This document shows positions 55,237 through 64,000 of a stretch of 64,000 bases of DNA, in pieces. Origin of the DNA: a virus. The stretch covers positions 47,832 to 111,831 of the IMG/VR virus record IMGVR_UViG_3300025133_000040, one strand, 5' to 3'. Both the position numbers and the translations under genes were made by a program. The notes under the pieces were generated by a model, which did not search any database, was not told the origin of the DNA, and was given only the letters and a program-made list of their open reading frames with translations. Numbering within the stretch: position 1 is the stretch's first letter; every line of letters begins with the position of its first letter.

Positions 55237-55608
55237 CTAGCCCCCGAAGAATGGAAATAACCAGTAGTGGTAGATTGAGCAGATGCCTAGCCCCGCCCAC
55301 GGCACCAAAGCGAACGTGAGCAGTTTTTCACAGCATGTGTCTAGCTTTTCATCCTCGTTAAATTTTGTTTGACAATATTTTTCTGCCCAGTTAAATGGAT
55401 TAGATAAATAGTTTTTGATGGCACCCGCCACAAGAACTAAGCCAAAAATTTCTAACTGGGTTGGTTGTATGCTAAACACAGGAGCGACGAACCATTCCCA
55501 TGCGTAGTAAAACATATAAGAATATGCAAACGGAGCATAGACAAACACTACTAGAGCAAAAATTAAAGTAAAAAGAGATTTCATAGTTTTGTTTCCTAAT
55601 TGATACAA
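55237..55608 (-). CDS. membrane protein
   Basis: three hydrophobic segments. Confidence 0.65.
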   Translation of the reverse strand: MYQLGNKTMKSLFTLIFALVVFVYAPFAYSYMFYYAWEWFVAPVFSIQPTQLEIFGLVLVAGAIKNYLSNPFNWAEKYCQTKFNEDEKLDTCCEKLLTFALVPWAGLGICSIYHYWLFPFFGG

Positions 55609-55890
55609 ACTGAGTTGATTGGATGGTCGTTTTTGTAATCCTCTAGACTAGGACAATCTTCGTCGTCTTCGTCGTAGAAGTATTCGTAATTATCTTTCAT
55701 GCTGTCGGGGCTAGTAAAGTCGCGGTCTCTAAAGTGTCCGACAGATGGCTCCCACGACACCTCTCTAAACGAGTTACCCTCTGGGTCAATACCGTAGACT
55801 ACGGTGTGCTCCAATGCCTCTGGGTTTTCTTTTACTAATAGATTTAAGTGTTCAAGGTATTCTTTTAATTTCATCGTAGACTTTCTTTGT

Positions 55891-55922
55891 AAAAAAGAGC
55901 GGGGACCGGAGTCCCCACCCCC
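55891..55922 (-). terminator. terminator after rIIB
   Basis: GGGGAC TCCG GTCCCC hairpin followed by a T run. Confidence 0.75.
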
Positions 55923-55931
55923 AGGAGATTC

Positions 55932-56894
55932 CTAGCCTTCGCCGTCTTTAACGACACGCTTAGTACGAGCGGCATATAGGTCGATGACTCCAGTCTGCAA
56001 GCCCTCACCGACTGGTGGCGACTCAATAGCACCAAACGACTCGACGATGGCACCCACGTCCCAGAACCCGTCGTCCTCAACGACTGACTCTTGAGGTAGC
56101 TCACGGTGTGGGTCGCTCAAATCCTCGCCGTACGCCTGCTCTAGCTCTTGTGAGCCGTAATGTTCCCCCACGACCTCGTACCAACAGCTTCGCATCTTAT
56201 TAGCACCAGAATCAGAGGGGATGCTGACTACATCTTCTGGTTTAATTACGCAGAGCATTACGTGCCCAGTCTCGCCGTCTCTGTAGTTGGACACACTGAT
56301 TGCGTAGTCCAGACTGCCAGTATGATAGCCAAACGAGCAAAGCTTCTGACGGTCGTCGTCCACCTCGTTGCGATTAAAGGGCTCAACATAGCCACCGACA
56401 CTATTGTCAACCCTCCCGGTGTACCAGTCCGTATAGTCCTCTCTCACGCCTTTGTAGCCAACAAAACAACCGTTGTCTAGGATGGGCATGTTGTTACGGA
56501 CGAGGAAGGAAAACAGACTATCAACCGCCCAGCTTGATGGGTTTAGATTGTATAATCTATCAATGAATTTCATCAAGCCGACAACCGGCAGCCCCTTCCT
56601 TTGGAACCGTTGAATGGTCGCGGCAGCATCGTTGTTTAGCTCCCTGCCATCAAAGTAGACTACCCCATCTTCGAGTAGTACCTTCCCCTCAGTGTAGGTA
56701 GCCAGCTTAACCGCCTTAGCACCCTCGATATTCGAGAGTGTTTTGGCGATGCTGTACTCGACAGGCCCAAGGTGCAACTCCTCTTTGACCTTTTCATAAG
56801 AGGGGTGAGAGGGGTCGAAGTAGAACGTCTCCCCCTCCAATGGATAAAACAGAGAAACTTGTTGACCACTTAATGTTGGGATACAATTTAGCAT
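55932..56894 (-). CDS. rIIB: rIIB-like protein
   Basis: LNPS, GCFVGYKGVREDYTD, CSFGYH, PEDVVSIPSD, KMRSC.YEV. Confidence 0.88.
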   Translation of the reverse strand: MLNCIPTLSGQQVSLFYPLEGETFYFDPSHPSYEKVKEELHLGPVEYSIAKTLSNIEGAKAVKLATYTEGKVLLEDGVVYFDGRELNNDAAATIQRFQRKGLPVVGLMKFIDRLYNLNPSSWAVDSLFSFLVRNNMPILDNGCFVGYKGVREDYTDWYTGRVDNSVGGYVEPFNRNEVDDDRQKLCSFGYHTGSLDYAISVSNYRDGETGHVMLCVIKPEDVVSIPSDSGANKMRSCWYEVVGEHYGSQELEQAYGEDLSDPHRELPQESVVEDDGFWDVGAIVESFGAIESPPVGEGLQTGVIDLYAARTKRVVKDGEG

Positions 56895-59035
56895 TTTGCA
56901 CTCTCCTGAGAATCTACTAACTTGATGTATTCGGATACAGCGTCGAACGTACGACTGCTTGGATAGCCTTTGCCTAGCAACGAGAACATAGGATACTTCT
57001 CGTTGACTCCCTCTTCCATCCCAGTGAGGTCTGTTAGGACTTCTGGGTCGAAGCGGTGATTAAACTGATACGCTGCGGTTTGCAACGTGATGACAGTGTC
57101 AGAGAACTTTTGTCTATTCTCATTGACTTCTAGTACGGCGTCGAAAAAATCTGACGCTGGACTGTCTTTGCCAAGGTTAAGCCCCTTAGCAAATTTTACC
57201 ATTTCATCTAGCGACCGATAGTTGCTCGCCGTATGAACGTGATTGATAGCACCTTGCAGGTCTCGGTCCTTGACCGCAGCATCAATCTGAATAGTGGCCC
57301 ACTCGTGGAACAACGTCCAGTTGTCGTCCTCGGCCAATTTCTTAGCCTTGGCTACAGTGATGCCGTAGACAGTTGGCACGTTAATGCCAGCGGTCTTGAG
57401 GTCTCGGACGTTCCTGACTACTCTTGCGGGATGACCAGTACCAACCACTTCGTAGTTGTTGATGACTACGTACACTCCACCCTCGTCAGTGTCAAGCTCA
57501 CTCTGGTCCCACCAATCAGCCCTTCGCTGAACCCCGTAAGGGGCGTGAGAACCAGCGTTGAGGTCCAACGTACGAGCGGCAACTTTATTTCGCTCATAAG
57601 TTCTCTTTGGAGGGGCGGGAACATCGCTCACGTTGAACGTGTGTTCGTCGCCATACCCAATCGCGGCTTGAAAATTACTGAGTTCGCTATCGGTCCCACG
57701 GACCAAGTAAATCTTATCAGTCATATTCTCGTCACGGATTGCCCTCATGCAAGCAGAGAAACCACCCTTCTTAGTGTCGTACGTGACAAAGTGCATAGTC
57801 CTATCTCTTTCGAGATTAATCTCTTGCACATTATCCTTACGTAAGGGGTGGATTCTGCGAGACCAGCGTCCAGCCTTTCGGAACTCCCAGATTTCTAGAC
57901 CGTCGATGCCCTTAATCTTATCAACCAAGACAGTGGTCTCGTGGATTGAGATACCGTTCCACTTAGCTGGCAACGAGCCTAGCACACTGTAGAGGAACTT
58001 GTACTCGCCATACTTCATTTCCTGATAAAGCAAACGTGCCGCCCAAAGGTTTTTACACGCCTTAAGTTTATCATTGATAATGTCAGTTAGTTCCTCAAGG
58101 ATAGCTGACAGTCGTTGGCGAATAGCCTTGACCGTGTAAGGACGATACTGTAGAGCCTCACGACCGTATCCAAACAACACCTCTCCTGGCCCAAAGTCTA
58201 GCACTAGACCTTGGTCTAAGAGAATCTGGTAGTTGTTCTTAGCGTTCTTGCCGCCGTAGTAGTCGTCTGGGTCATACCCTTCGTCGCCAAAGAACGTGTG
58301 GTCGATTGGGTACTCAACCTGAGCCATTACAGCAAGAGACTCGTTACCCTCGCCTCGCAAGCCCCAACCTTTGCCCTCAAGGACAAACTCGTGCTCGTTG
58401 ACTCCAACGTCGTCGTTGACTACGATGGGACGATACTTAAATGGTCGCAGAGCGACTCTGACTGCCTTCTTAAAGGCTAGAAAGTCCTTTTCTTTGACAG
58501 GAATAGAGACCTCAAACCCGTTGGGCTCGTCGGTCTTGAATGTTCCCTGCGGAATCAACTTGGGGTCGCCCTTGTCGTCCTTCGCATTGCAGTACACATG
58601 CTTCTCACCGTTGTGGTAAGATGTGGCAGTAAAAATGTCACTGTAAGCAAACGGAGACTTAGAGCCGATGCCCATACAACCAGTGATTGCACGACCGTTG
58701 ACCTCATTGGTCTTGTTTTTGTCGGACGCACCAAATGTCTGATACATTTTGCGCATCTTTTCGTCGGACATACCAGTTCCAAAGTCCCGAATCTTAAGAA
58801 CGGGGGAACTATAGGTAGGTAGAGTAATCTCTACAGGTCTCTCTTGTCCTGCCTCAGCATGACTATCGCTGGCGTTGTTACACAACTCACGAATGATAGC
58901 TCGTGGAGCATCCTTGTACGGACCATCGGCAAGCAAAGACATAAACTCTGCTGAGCCCGATACGTTGTAAGCGATTGGTTCGTCTGACCCGATGGTCGTA
59001 AAATTCCGATTACCTTGATTCAACTGCATTGTCAT
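56888..59035 (-). CDS. rIIA: rIIA-like protein (GHKL ATPase N-terminus)
   Basis: IRELCNNASDSH, IRDFGTGMS, GIGSKSPFAY; adjacent to rIIB. Confidence 0.9.
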   Translation of the reverse strand: MTMQLNQGNRNFTTIGSDEPIAYNVSGSAEFMSLLADGPYKDAPRAIIRELCNNASDSHAEAGQERPVEITLPTYSSPVLKIRDFGTGMSDEKMRKMYQTFGASDKNKTNEVNGRAITGCMGIGSKSPFAYSDIFTATSYHNGEKHVYCNAKDDKGDPKLIPQGTFKTDEPNGFEVSIPVKEKDFLAFKKAVRVALRPFKYRPIVVNDDVGVNEHEFVLEGKGWGLRGEGNESLAVMAQVEYPIDHTFFGDEGYDPDDYYGGKNAKNNYQILLDQGLVLDFGPGEVLFGYGREALQYRPYTVKAIRQRLSAILEELTDIINDKLKACKNLWAARLLYQEMKYGEYKFLYSVLGSLPAKWNGISIHETTVLVDKIKGIDGLEIWEFRKAGRWSRRIHPLRKDNVQEINLERDRTMHFVTYDTKKGGFSACMRAIRDENMTDKIYLVRGTDSELSNFQAAIGYGDEHTFNVSDVPAPPKRTYERNKVAARTLDLNAGSHAPYGVQRRADWWDQSELDTDEGGVYVVINNYEVVGTGHPARVVRNVRDLKTAGINVPTVYGITVAKAKKLAEDDNWTLFHEWATIQIDAAVKDRDLQGAINHVHTASNYRSLDEMVKFAKGLNLGKDSPASDFFDAVLEVNENRQKFSDTVITLQTAAYQFNHRFDPEVLTDLTGMEEGVNEKYPMFSLLGKGYPSSRTFDAVSEYIKLVDSQESAKC

Positions 59036-59097
59036 TCTCCTGGTCTGACAACCTAATTTCTGGGCAACCACCGTTGGTTGCTCCCTTGTATGTCTCT

Positions 59098-59125
59098 ATT
59101 GTACCACGAGTCCAGATGGGGTCAA
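59098..59125 (-). promoter_or_regulatory. promoter TTGACC-N16-TACAAT for rIIA
   Basis: repeated motif. Confidence 0.75.
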
Positions 59126-60054
59126 CCCTCATTCTCGACTTTTGTCAATTTCTTTATCTATCTCAAAAATTACCGACAGGGGAATGTCGTACCGACTTCG
59201 TAGTGCCCTGATGATGGTGTGTAGGTCGTTGTTGGCCGCTATTGCACCTCTGTAAGACTCCTCGATAGCGTACAGTTGCTCCCATGTGGTCTTGGTTTCA
59301 ATCTCTGGATAGTCGGCAGCGATGCTAAGGGCGATGCCTTTAATTCTATCAGCAAGTTTCGCCTTGTGTCTAGCTGCGTCGGTAGCGTCGTTTATTAGCT
59401 CTCTGATTCTCGCACTCATATCTTAACAGTCTCTCCGAGTGACAGGATTAATTTCTGTTGGTGAATTGCATTGCCTTCCTTGTTCCAAATCCTAAGCACG
59501 CCACCACCGTAGTATAGCTCGATACAATAAACTAAGTCGCCTGCTTTATGTAGGCCAATATCTACCTTCAACGTGCAGTTGTAGTATTGAATACTTTCTT
59601 CGCCGGTAAATTCGCCCTCTTCCCAACTAAATAGTTGTTCTTCCATAACTTGCCTTCCATTTCTTAAATGATACAATTAATTCCATCGTACCTTCGATGC
59701 CAAAGACTACGTCCAGTCTAAGACCTGGGTTTTTGCTTTCAAAATCTACGACCTTACCGATGTAAAATTCTTTGTTCGTACAGTCGTTGGATTGGTAGAT
59801 GGCGACGATTTTGTAGTCGTCAGACTCTTGATGTATGTCGTCGCAAAATCTAAAAGTGTTTTTAGGTCTACTCATGCGACTCCCCTACGAGCTTCTGCCC
59901 CCAACACAAACAACAGAAGATAGCAGACGTTAGTACTAGCTGTACGACGTTGCCGATGCTAAGCCTCTCAAATGTGAAATACAAATTAGAGACAAGGGTG
60001 AAGCTAACACCACAAGCCAACGTCAGTACGCTCAGTGCGTTGTGTGCGAAAAAT

Positions 60055-60675
60055 TTACCCGACATGTGCTTTTGCCCTTTCGGAGTACTCAGTCCAAATC
60101 TCTAAGTCAAATAACGCAGGAGTGGTGCCCTCTGGCACTCGACTAAGAAACTCCTGCTCCAACTCTAGGTATCGTCTACCACTCGGTCGGTTCTTTAATG
60201 TTTTAACTAAATCAAACTCAACACCCTGGTGATGCAACCACTTGAGAATGTGAGTGTCCAACGCTGCGTGCTGCACATTGTGCTGACTACACATAACGAA
60301 GAACCTCGCAGTTTTGTTGCCGATGCCGTGGATGGTCTCAAGCTGAGCCACCGTGACAGTGCGAAGGTCGAAACCAGATGCCATCAACTCGTGGATAGCT
60401 CGACCCTTCATCTTGTGAGGGGTGATGCCAAATTCTTTAAGAAGAATTGACAGTGCCAACTGACTACCGATGGTTGCCGTTTCCAGCGAGGAAAACGGGG
60501 TCCAGTCACCAGTCATGCGGTTCCATAAAGAATCTTTGACAAGTTTAAGCATCTTGTCAACGGCAGGTGCCATTCGGTCAGACGGTTTGCCGATTGCGGC
60601 AATACAGAAGATGGCTAGTTCTTCTAGCTCAGCGTCGGTCCAGTCCGTTCGGACGATGTTCTTTGGGTCAATCAC
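60055..60675 (-). CDS. HhH DNA glycosylase-like protein (Ogg/EndoIII superfamily)
   Basis: IHGIGNKTARFF, ALDTHILKWL, YLELE. Confidence 0.8.
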   Translation of the reverse strand: MIDPKNIVRTDWTDAELEELAIFCIAAIGKPSDRMAPAVDKMLKLVKDSLWNRMTGDWTPFSSLETATIGSQLALSILLKEFGITPHKMKGRAIHELMASGFDLRTVTVAQLETIHGIGNKTARFFVMCSQHNVQHAALDTHILKWLHHQGVEFDLVKTLKNRPSGRRYLELEQEFLSRVPEGTTPALFDLEIWTEYSERAKAHVG

Positions 60676-61553
60676 TTGGTTTCTCCTGTGGGTAATTAAA
60701 ATAAGAAGGTGCAGGGTAGCCTTATCCCCTGTTTTACGGGACGTTCTTTAACTTTTCCGCAACTTTCGTTGCTCTCCCGTAGCACTGACCTTCTCTCTTA
60801 TGCCCCAATTGTACCACAACACCAGATGGAGTCAAGCTATCTGATGCCTTTTTTATCCAAATCTTTTCGGAGCTTATCCATTTCCATGTTCTGTATCAAT
60901 CCGTACCCTTTGATGAACCCACCCACAAAGGGGGTCGTAAGGAACCCTAAAACGAATCCCAGTGCAATCATAGGGGATACTAAAATCACTAATAGAATTT
61001 TCATGCTGCTTCGTCCTTTAACTTATGATACAATTCAAATGCCTTCTCTTTGGTATCGCCGGGAAGGACGTTGACTTCGATGCCGTTGAATGAGAAGAAA
61101 ACAACTACGTCATTTTCCTCAGCCAGTTCAGACGCATACTTACACGCCCACGATAGGTTTCTACCGTTCTGGACAAAAAATTCTTCTCGTCTCATTTAGT
61201 AGTTGCCCTATTTGCGTGTACCATAATACCAATAGCGTGCGTCCCAACGCTCTTACTATGAACAGGGTAAACGCTAGTACGTCCAAACACATCCCGAAGG
61301 TCGGCGGTCAATTTCTTAACAAGGTCAAAAACCCCGAATGTCCACTCGCTATTGGCACCTGGGAGTTTAATCGACAAGGTATGCTGACTACCTTCTTCCT
61401 TAATACCTCCGTAGATATTATACAAGTCGAGGCACATCTTATCCGCTAGTTTTTGACAGCTATCTTTTACTGTTTCCTCAAGATAGTCACGCACTTCAAC
61501 CTCTACGGGACTACCAACGACTACCCTGTTTCTTGACTTGTCGTATCTTGCAC

Positions 61554-62312
61554 TCATGCGATTTCTCCGTCTTTGTCTAGTGATAAATGGGACAATTCAT
61601 CTAAGCAAATAAACTGTGTCCCGTCAACAACGTCTACTCTGTCCTGATGGAAGTGTCCATACACCCATAGCTTTGGCTGATGAACCTCAAACATATTCTG
61701 TAATAGATTTTGTGTGAGCGTGGTGAATGTGTCTGGTTCCAACCCGAAGTTCCGCAGAACCGCTGGATTACCAATTAATTTCGCAATAGAATTAGGGCAA
61801 GTGTGAGTCAACATAATATCGGGCTTAGCCTCTTCATACGCATCCAGAGCACGTCCTGCGTCTCTGTATGACAACTGTTCTTCCATCCACCATCCCGCCT
61901 GATTAGCCACTCGCCACTCGTAGTCGATTGAGTACGCCCCTCGGCAGTAGAAGAACTGCACACCGCCCACACTAGTCAGACCGTAGTCTCCTAAATTGTA
62001 TGGGCAATCTTTAATAATGTCGTAGTTATCATGGTTCCCCCCAAAGAAGGCATGACAAAGCGGGTCGAGCTTATTCAGTTCGGAGTAGTCAAACCCCATA
62101 TCACCTATCTGCACACTATGTTCAGCAGCACCAGCGACATTCAGGTAGTTTCGCCCTCTGTTTCTTTGGTGGTTGCTGCCACGACCGATGAAACCGTGAA
62201 CGTCCCCGATGATGCGAAGATGGTCTTTCACTATGACTCCGATGTTCCAGAGGATATGTCGTGGGGTACGATACCCCGATGCTTCATTGTGATGGAGTTT
62301 ATTCGCCCCCAA
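61554..62312 (-). CDS. metallophosphoesterase
   Basis: GDVHG, GDMG, GNHD, THTCP, GHFH. Confidence 0.88.
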   Translation of the reverse strand: MGANKLHHNEASGYRTPRHILWNIGVIVKDHLRIIGDVHGFIGRGSNHQRNRGRNYLNVAGAAEHSVQIGDMGFDYSELNKLDPLCHAFFGGNHDNYDIIKDCPYNLGDYGLTSVGGVQFFYCRGAYSIDYEWRVANQAGWWMEEQLSYRDAGRALDAYEEAKPDIMLTHTCPNSIAKLIGNPAVLRNFGLEPDTFTTLTQNLLQNMFEVHQPKLWVYGHFHQDRVDVVDGTQFICLDELSHLSLDKDGEIA

Positions 62313-63999
62313 TGTTCTTGGCGAATTTCCTGTGCTATGCTGGTAGCGTCTTGGAATGACATGGCTCGAATACTAACGTATTGGGCCTCGTCTGTATCTT
62401 CTGTAAGATATTCAATCTCATACTCGTTCATCGTCGGTTTTCCTCCCACCTAATAGAACCATCGAGGTAAGCAACCCACTCACCCTCGTCAGAAAAATCC
62501 CAGCCCTCTTTCTCACGTAGGTCTGCCAAGTCGGTGTATGTATTATCTAATACAGTATCCTCCTGGGTAAAACCTATCAGTCGTTCTAGCCTCTCGGCTT
62601 GTCGAACGGTTAAGGTCAGCACGACCTTATTTCTATTGACAACTTTAGCGGTACTCATGCGTCTGCTGCTCCTTGTTTGTTTCGTCTGTCTATGCTTCCA
62701 TTGTACCACAGGTTGGGACGGGGTCAAGCCTCAAGTGCGTCAACTCTCTCACTCAACGAGAGCAAGTGGGCATATATCGCGGCCTCGCCAACCATTTTTG
62801 ACTCAGCGTTAAGAACTTCGTTCTCGGTCGCCAGTGCCTTGTTCTTCCCCCGAAGCCTAGCGTTCTCGGCGTATGCCTCGATACGCAATCTCTCTGCCCT
62901 GTCTCTTAGGTCGGTGAGTATCTCTACCTTAGCCAACAGCTTGTCGTGCTCGTCAGCTATTTTCTCCAAGGTTCTCGCCGTGTCGTTTCGGAACTGCTGT
63001 TCGCTGTGAACCCTAAACCACTTGGCAACATTAAATAGTATTTGCGTGTTTGTTAATTGTTCCATAGATTTAAACCCCTATTGAATCCCTCAGTTCTCGT
63101 TCTCGGCTCTGTAAAGCCGCCAACATCCCACCCGTAGCATTAAGCCCACCAAGTCGTTGAAGTGTTTCTAATCCCAGCAGCACCTCGATTGCCTCCTCAG
63201 CGGACATAAAAATTTCTACGTCCAGCTTGTTTACCTTCTTAAATTCTGTGCGACTCATGTAAATTATCCTTTAGATTGTGATAGAAGCGTAGTCTATAAC
63301 GCTATGAAATCGGAACAACCCCTCATTCCCCCTGTCGTTATACGTCCTGACAACGTCAAAAATACTAGGACGACTAACATCACAAGGGACGTACACACCG
63401 GAATAAGTGCCTTTTGCCCTGTCTACAGAGGTAACTCGAATAAGAAACGTCAAGTTACTATCTTTGACAAAATATAACTTACCTAGCTTAATCTGACTTT
63501 CCATGTGTTTCCCTTTGGTGATGGTACTTTTCAACGGTCAGCCCGTATTAGGGACTTCCTGTAACTCTGCTAGGAGTCAGTGTCGTTAATTCGTTGTTGA
63601 TTTTCCCGATTGTGTCTTTGCTATAACTAGATTATAAGGTAATAACTGATGGAGTCAAGCCTAAACGCCCCAATGATTCTCATTTATTTCGTCTCTTACC
63701 CTACAACTCTCTACTGCCTCATCGACTACCTTCTGCTCATTGTCAGATAGCATCCTCTCGATAGTCACTTTAGATTTCTCAGAGATTTTAGCCCACATCT
63801 TATGGTGTTCAACGTGGAAGTCTTTCCAGGGGATGTCGCTCGCCATCCACTCTGTAGCGGCAATAAGGTGCTGCATAGTCACGTAGTGCGTATAGCAATC
63901 AGCAACTAAATCTTGTATTTCAATATCGCTATATGGTTCCTCTTCATCTATTTCGGGAATGTCTAATTCTACGATAACTTTAACTTTCATGTTATTCAC
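62231..63999 (-). other. run of small hypothetical early-type genes
   Basis: tightly packed 60-115 aa ORFs with promoter copies at 62700-62727 and 63631-63658. Confidence 0.6.
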
Positions 64000-64000
64000 C

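Noticed and set aside
332-63009. All + strand ORFs in the track
   Set aside because: They are antisense shadows of - strand genes or tRNAs, with no recognisable motifs
1-64000. Genome-wide stop codon reassignment
   Set aside because: TGA, TAG and TAA all end conserved genes at the expected positions; no suppressor anticodon was found

Overview
A 64-kb segment of a large dsDNA phage genome (about 45-50% GC) with essentially all real genes on the - strand. A planctomycete host is inferred from a Planctomycetota-type Flp pilin, a RimI homologue and a C1-peptidase/secreted-protein module. In window order it holds: nucleotide and auxiliary metabolism genes (PhoH, monomeric class II RNR, dCMP deaminase, ThyA, degenerate DeoC, ClpP, sigma factor, saccharopine-dehydrogenase-like, GlpX, MazG); an RNA-repair/anti-defence block (metallophosphoesterase, two RNA ligases, PNK-like kinase, SLOG, macrodomain, ATP-grasp, 2H phosphoesterase, minimal CCA-adding enzyme); a dispersed array of 34 hand-folded tRNAs plus several aberrant tRNA-like elements; a glycan-modification cluster; a tmRNA; then UDG, RuvB, rIIA/rIIB and small early genes. 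The most striking content is non-coding. There is a GOLLD-like RNA (~840 nt) with an embedded tRNA-like element, a ROOL-like RNA (~560 nt), and about seven other structured RNAs I cannot assign. The tmRNA has a 44-codon, internally duplicated tag frame. Every canonical tRNA gene ends N73-C-U, and a 17-copy promoter motif with a fixed 16-bp spacer often reuses stop codons. All RNA folds and family calls were made by eye and need computational confirmation.
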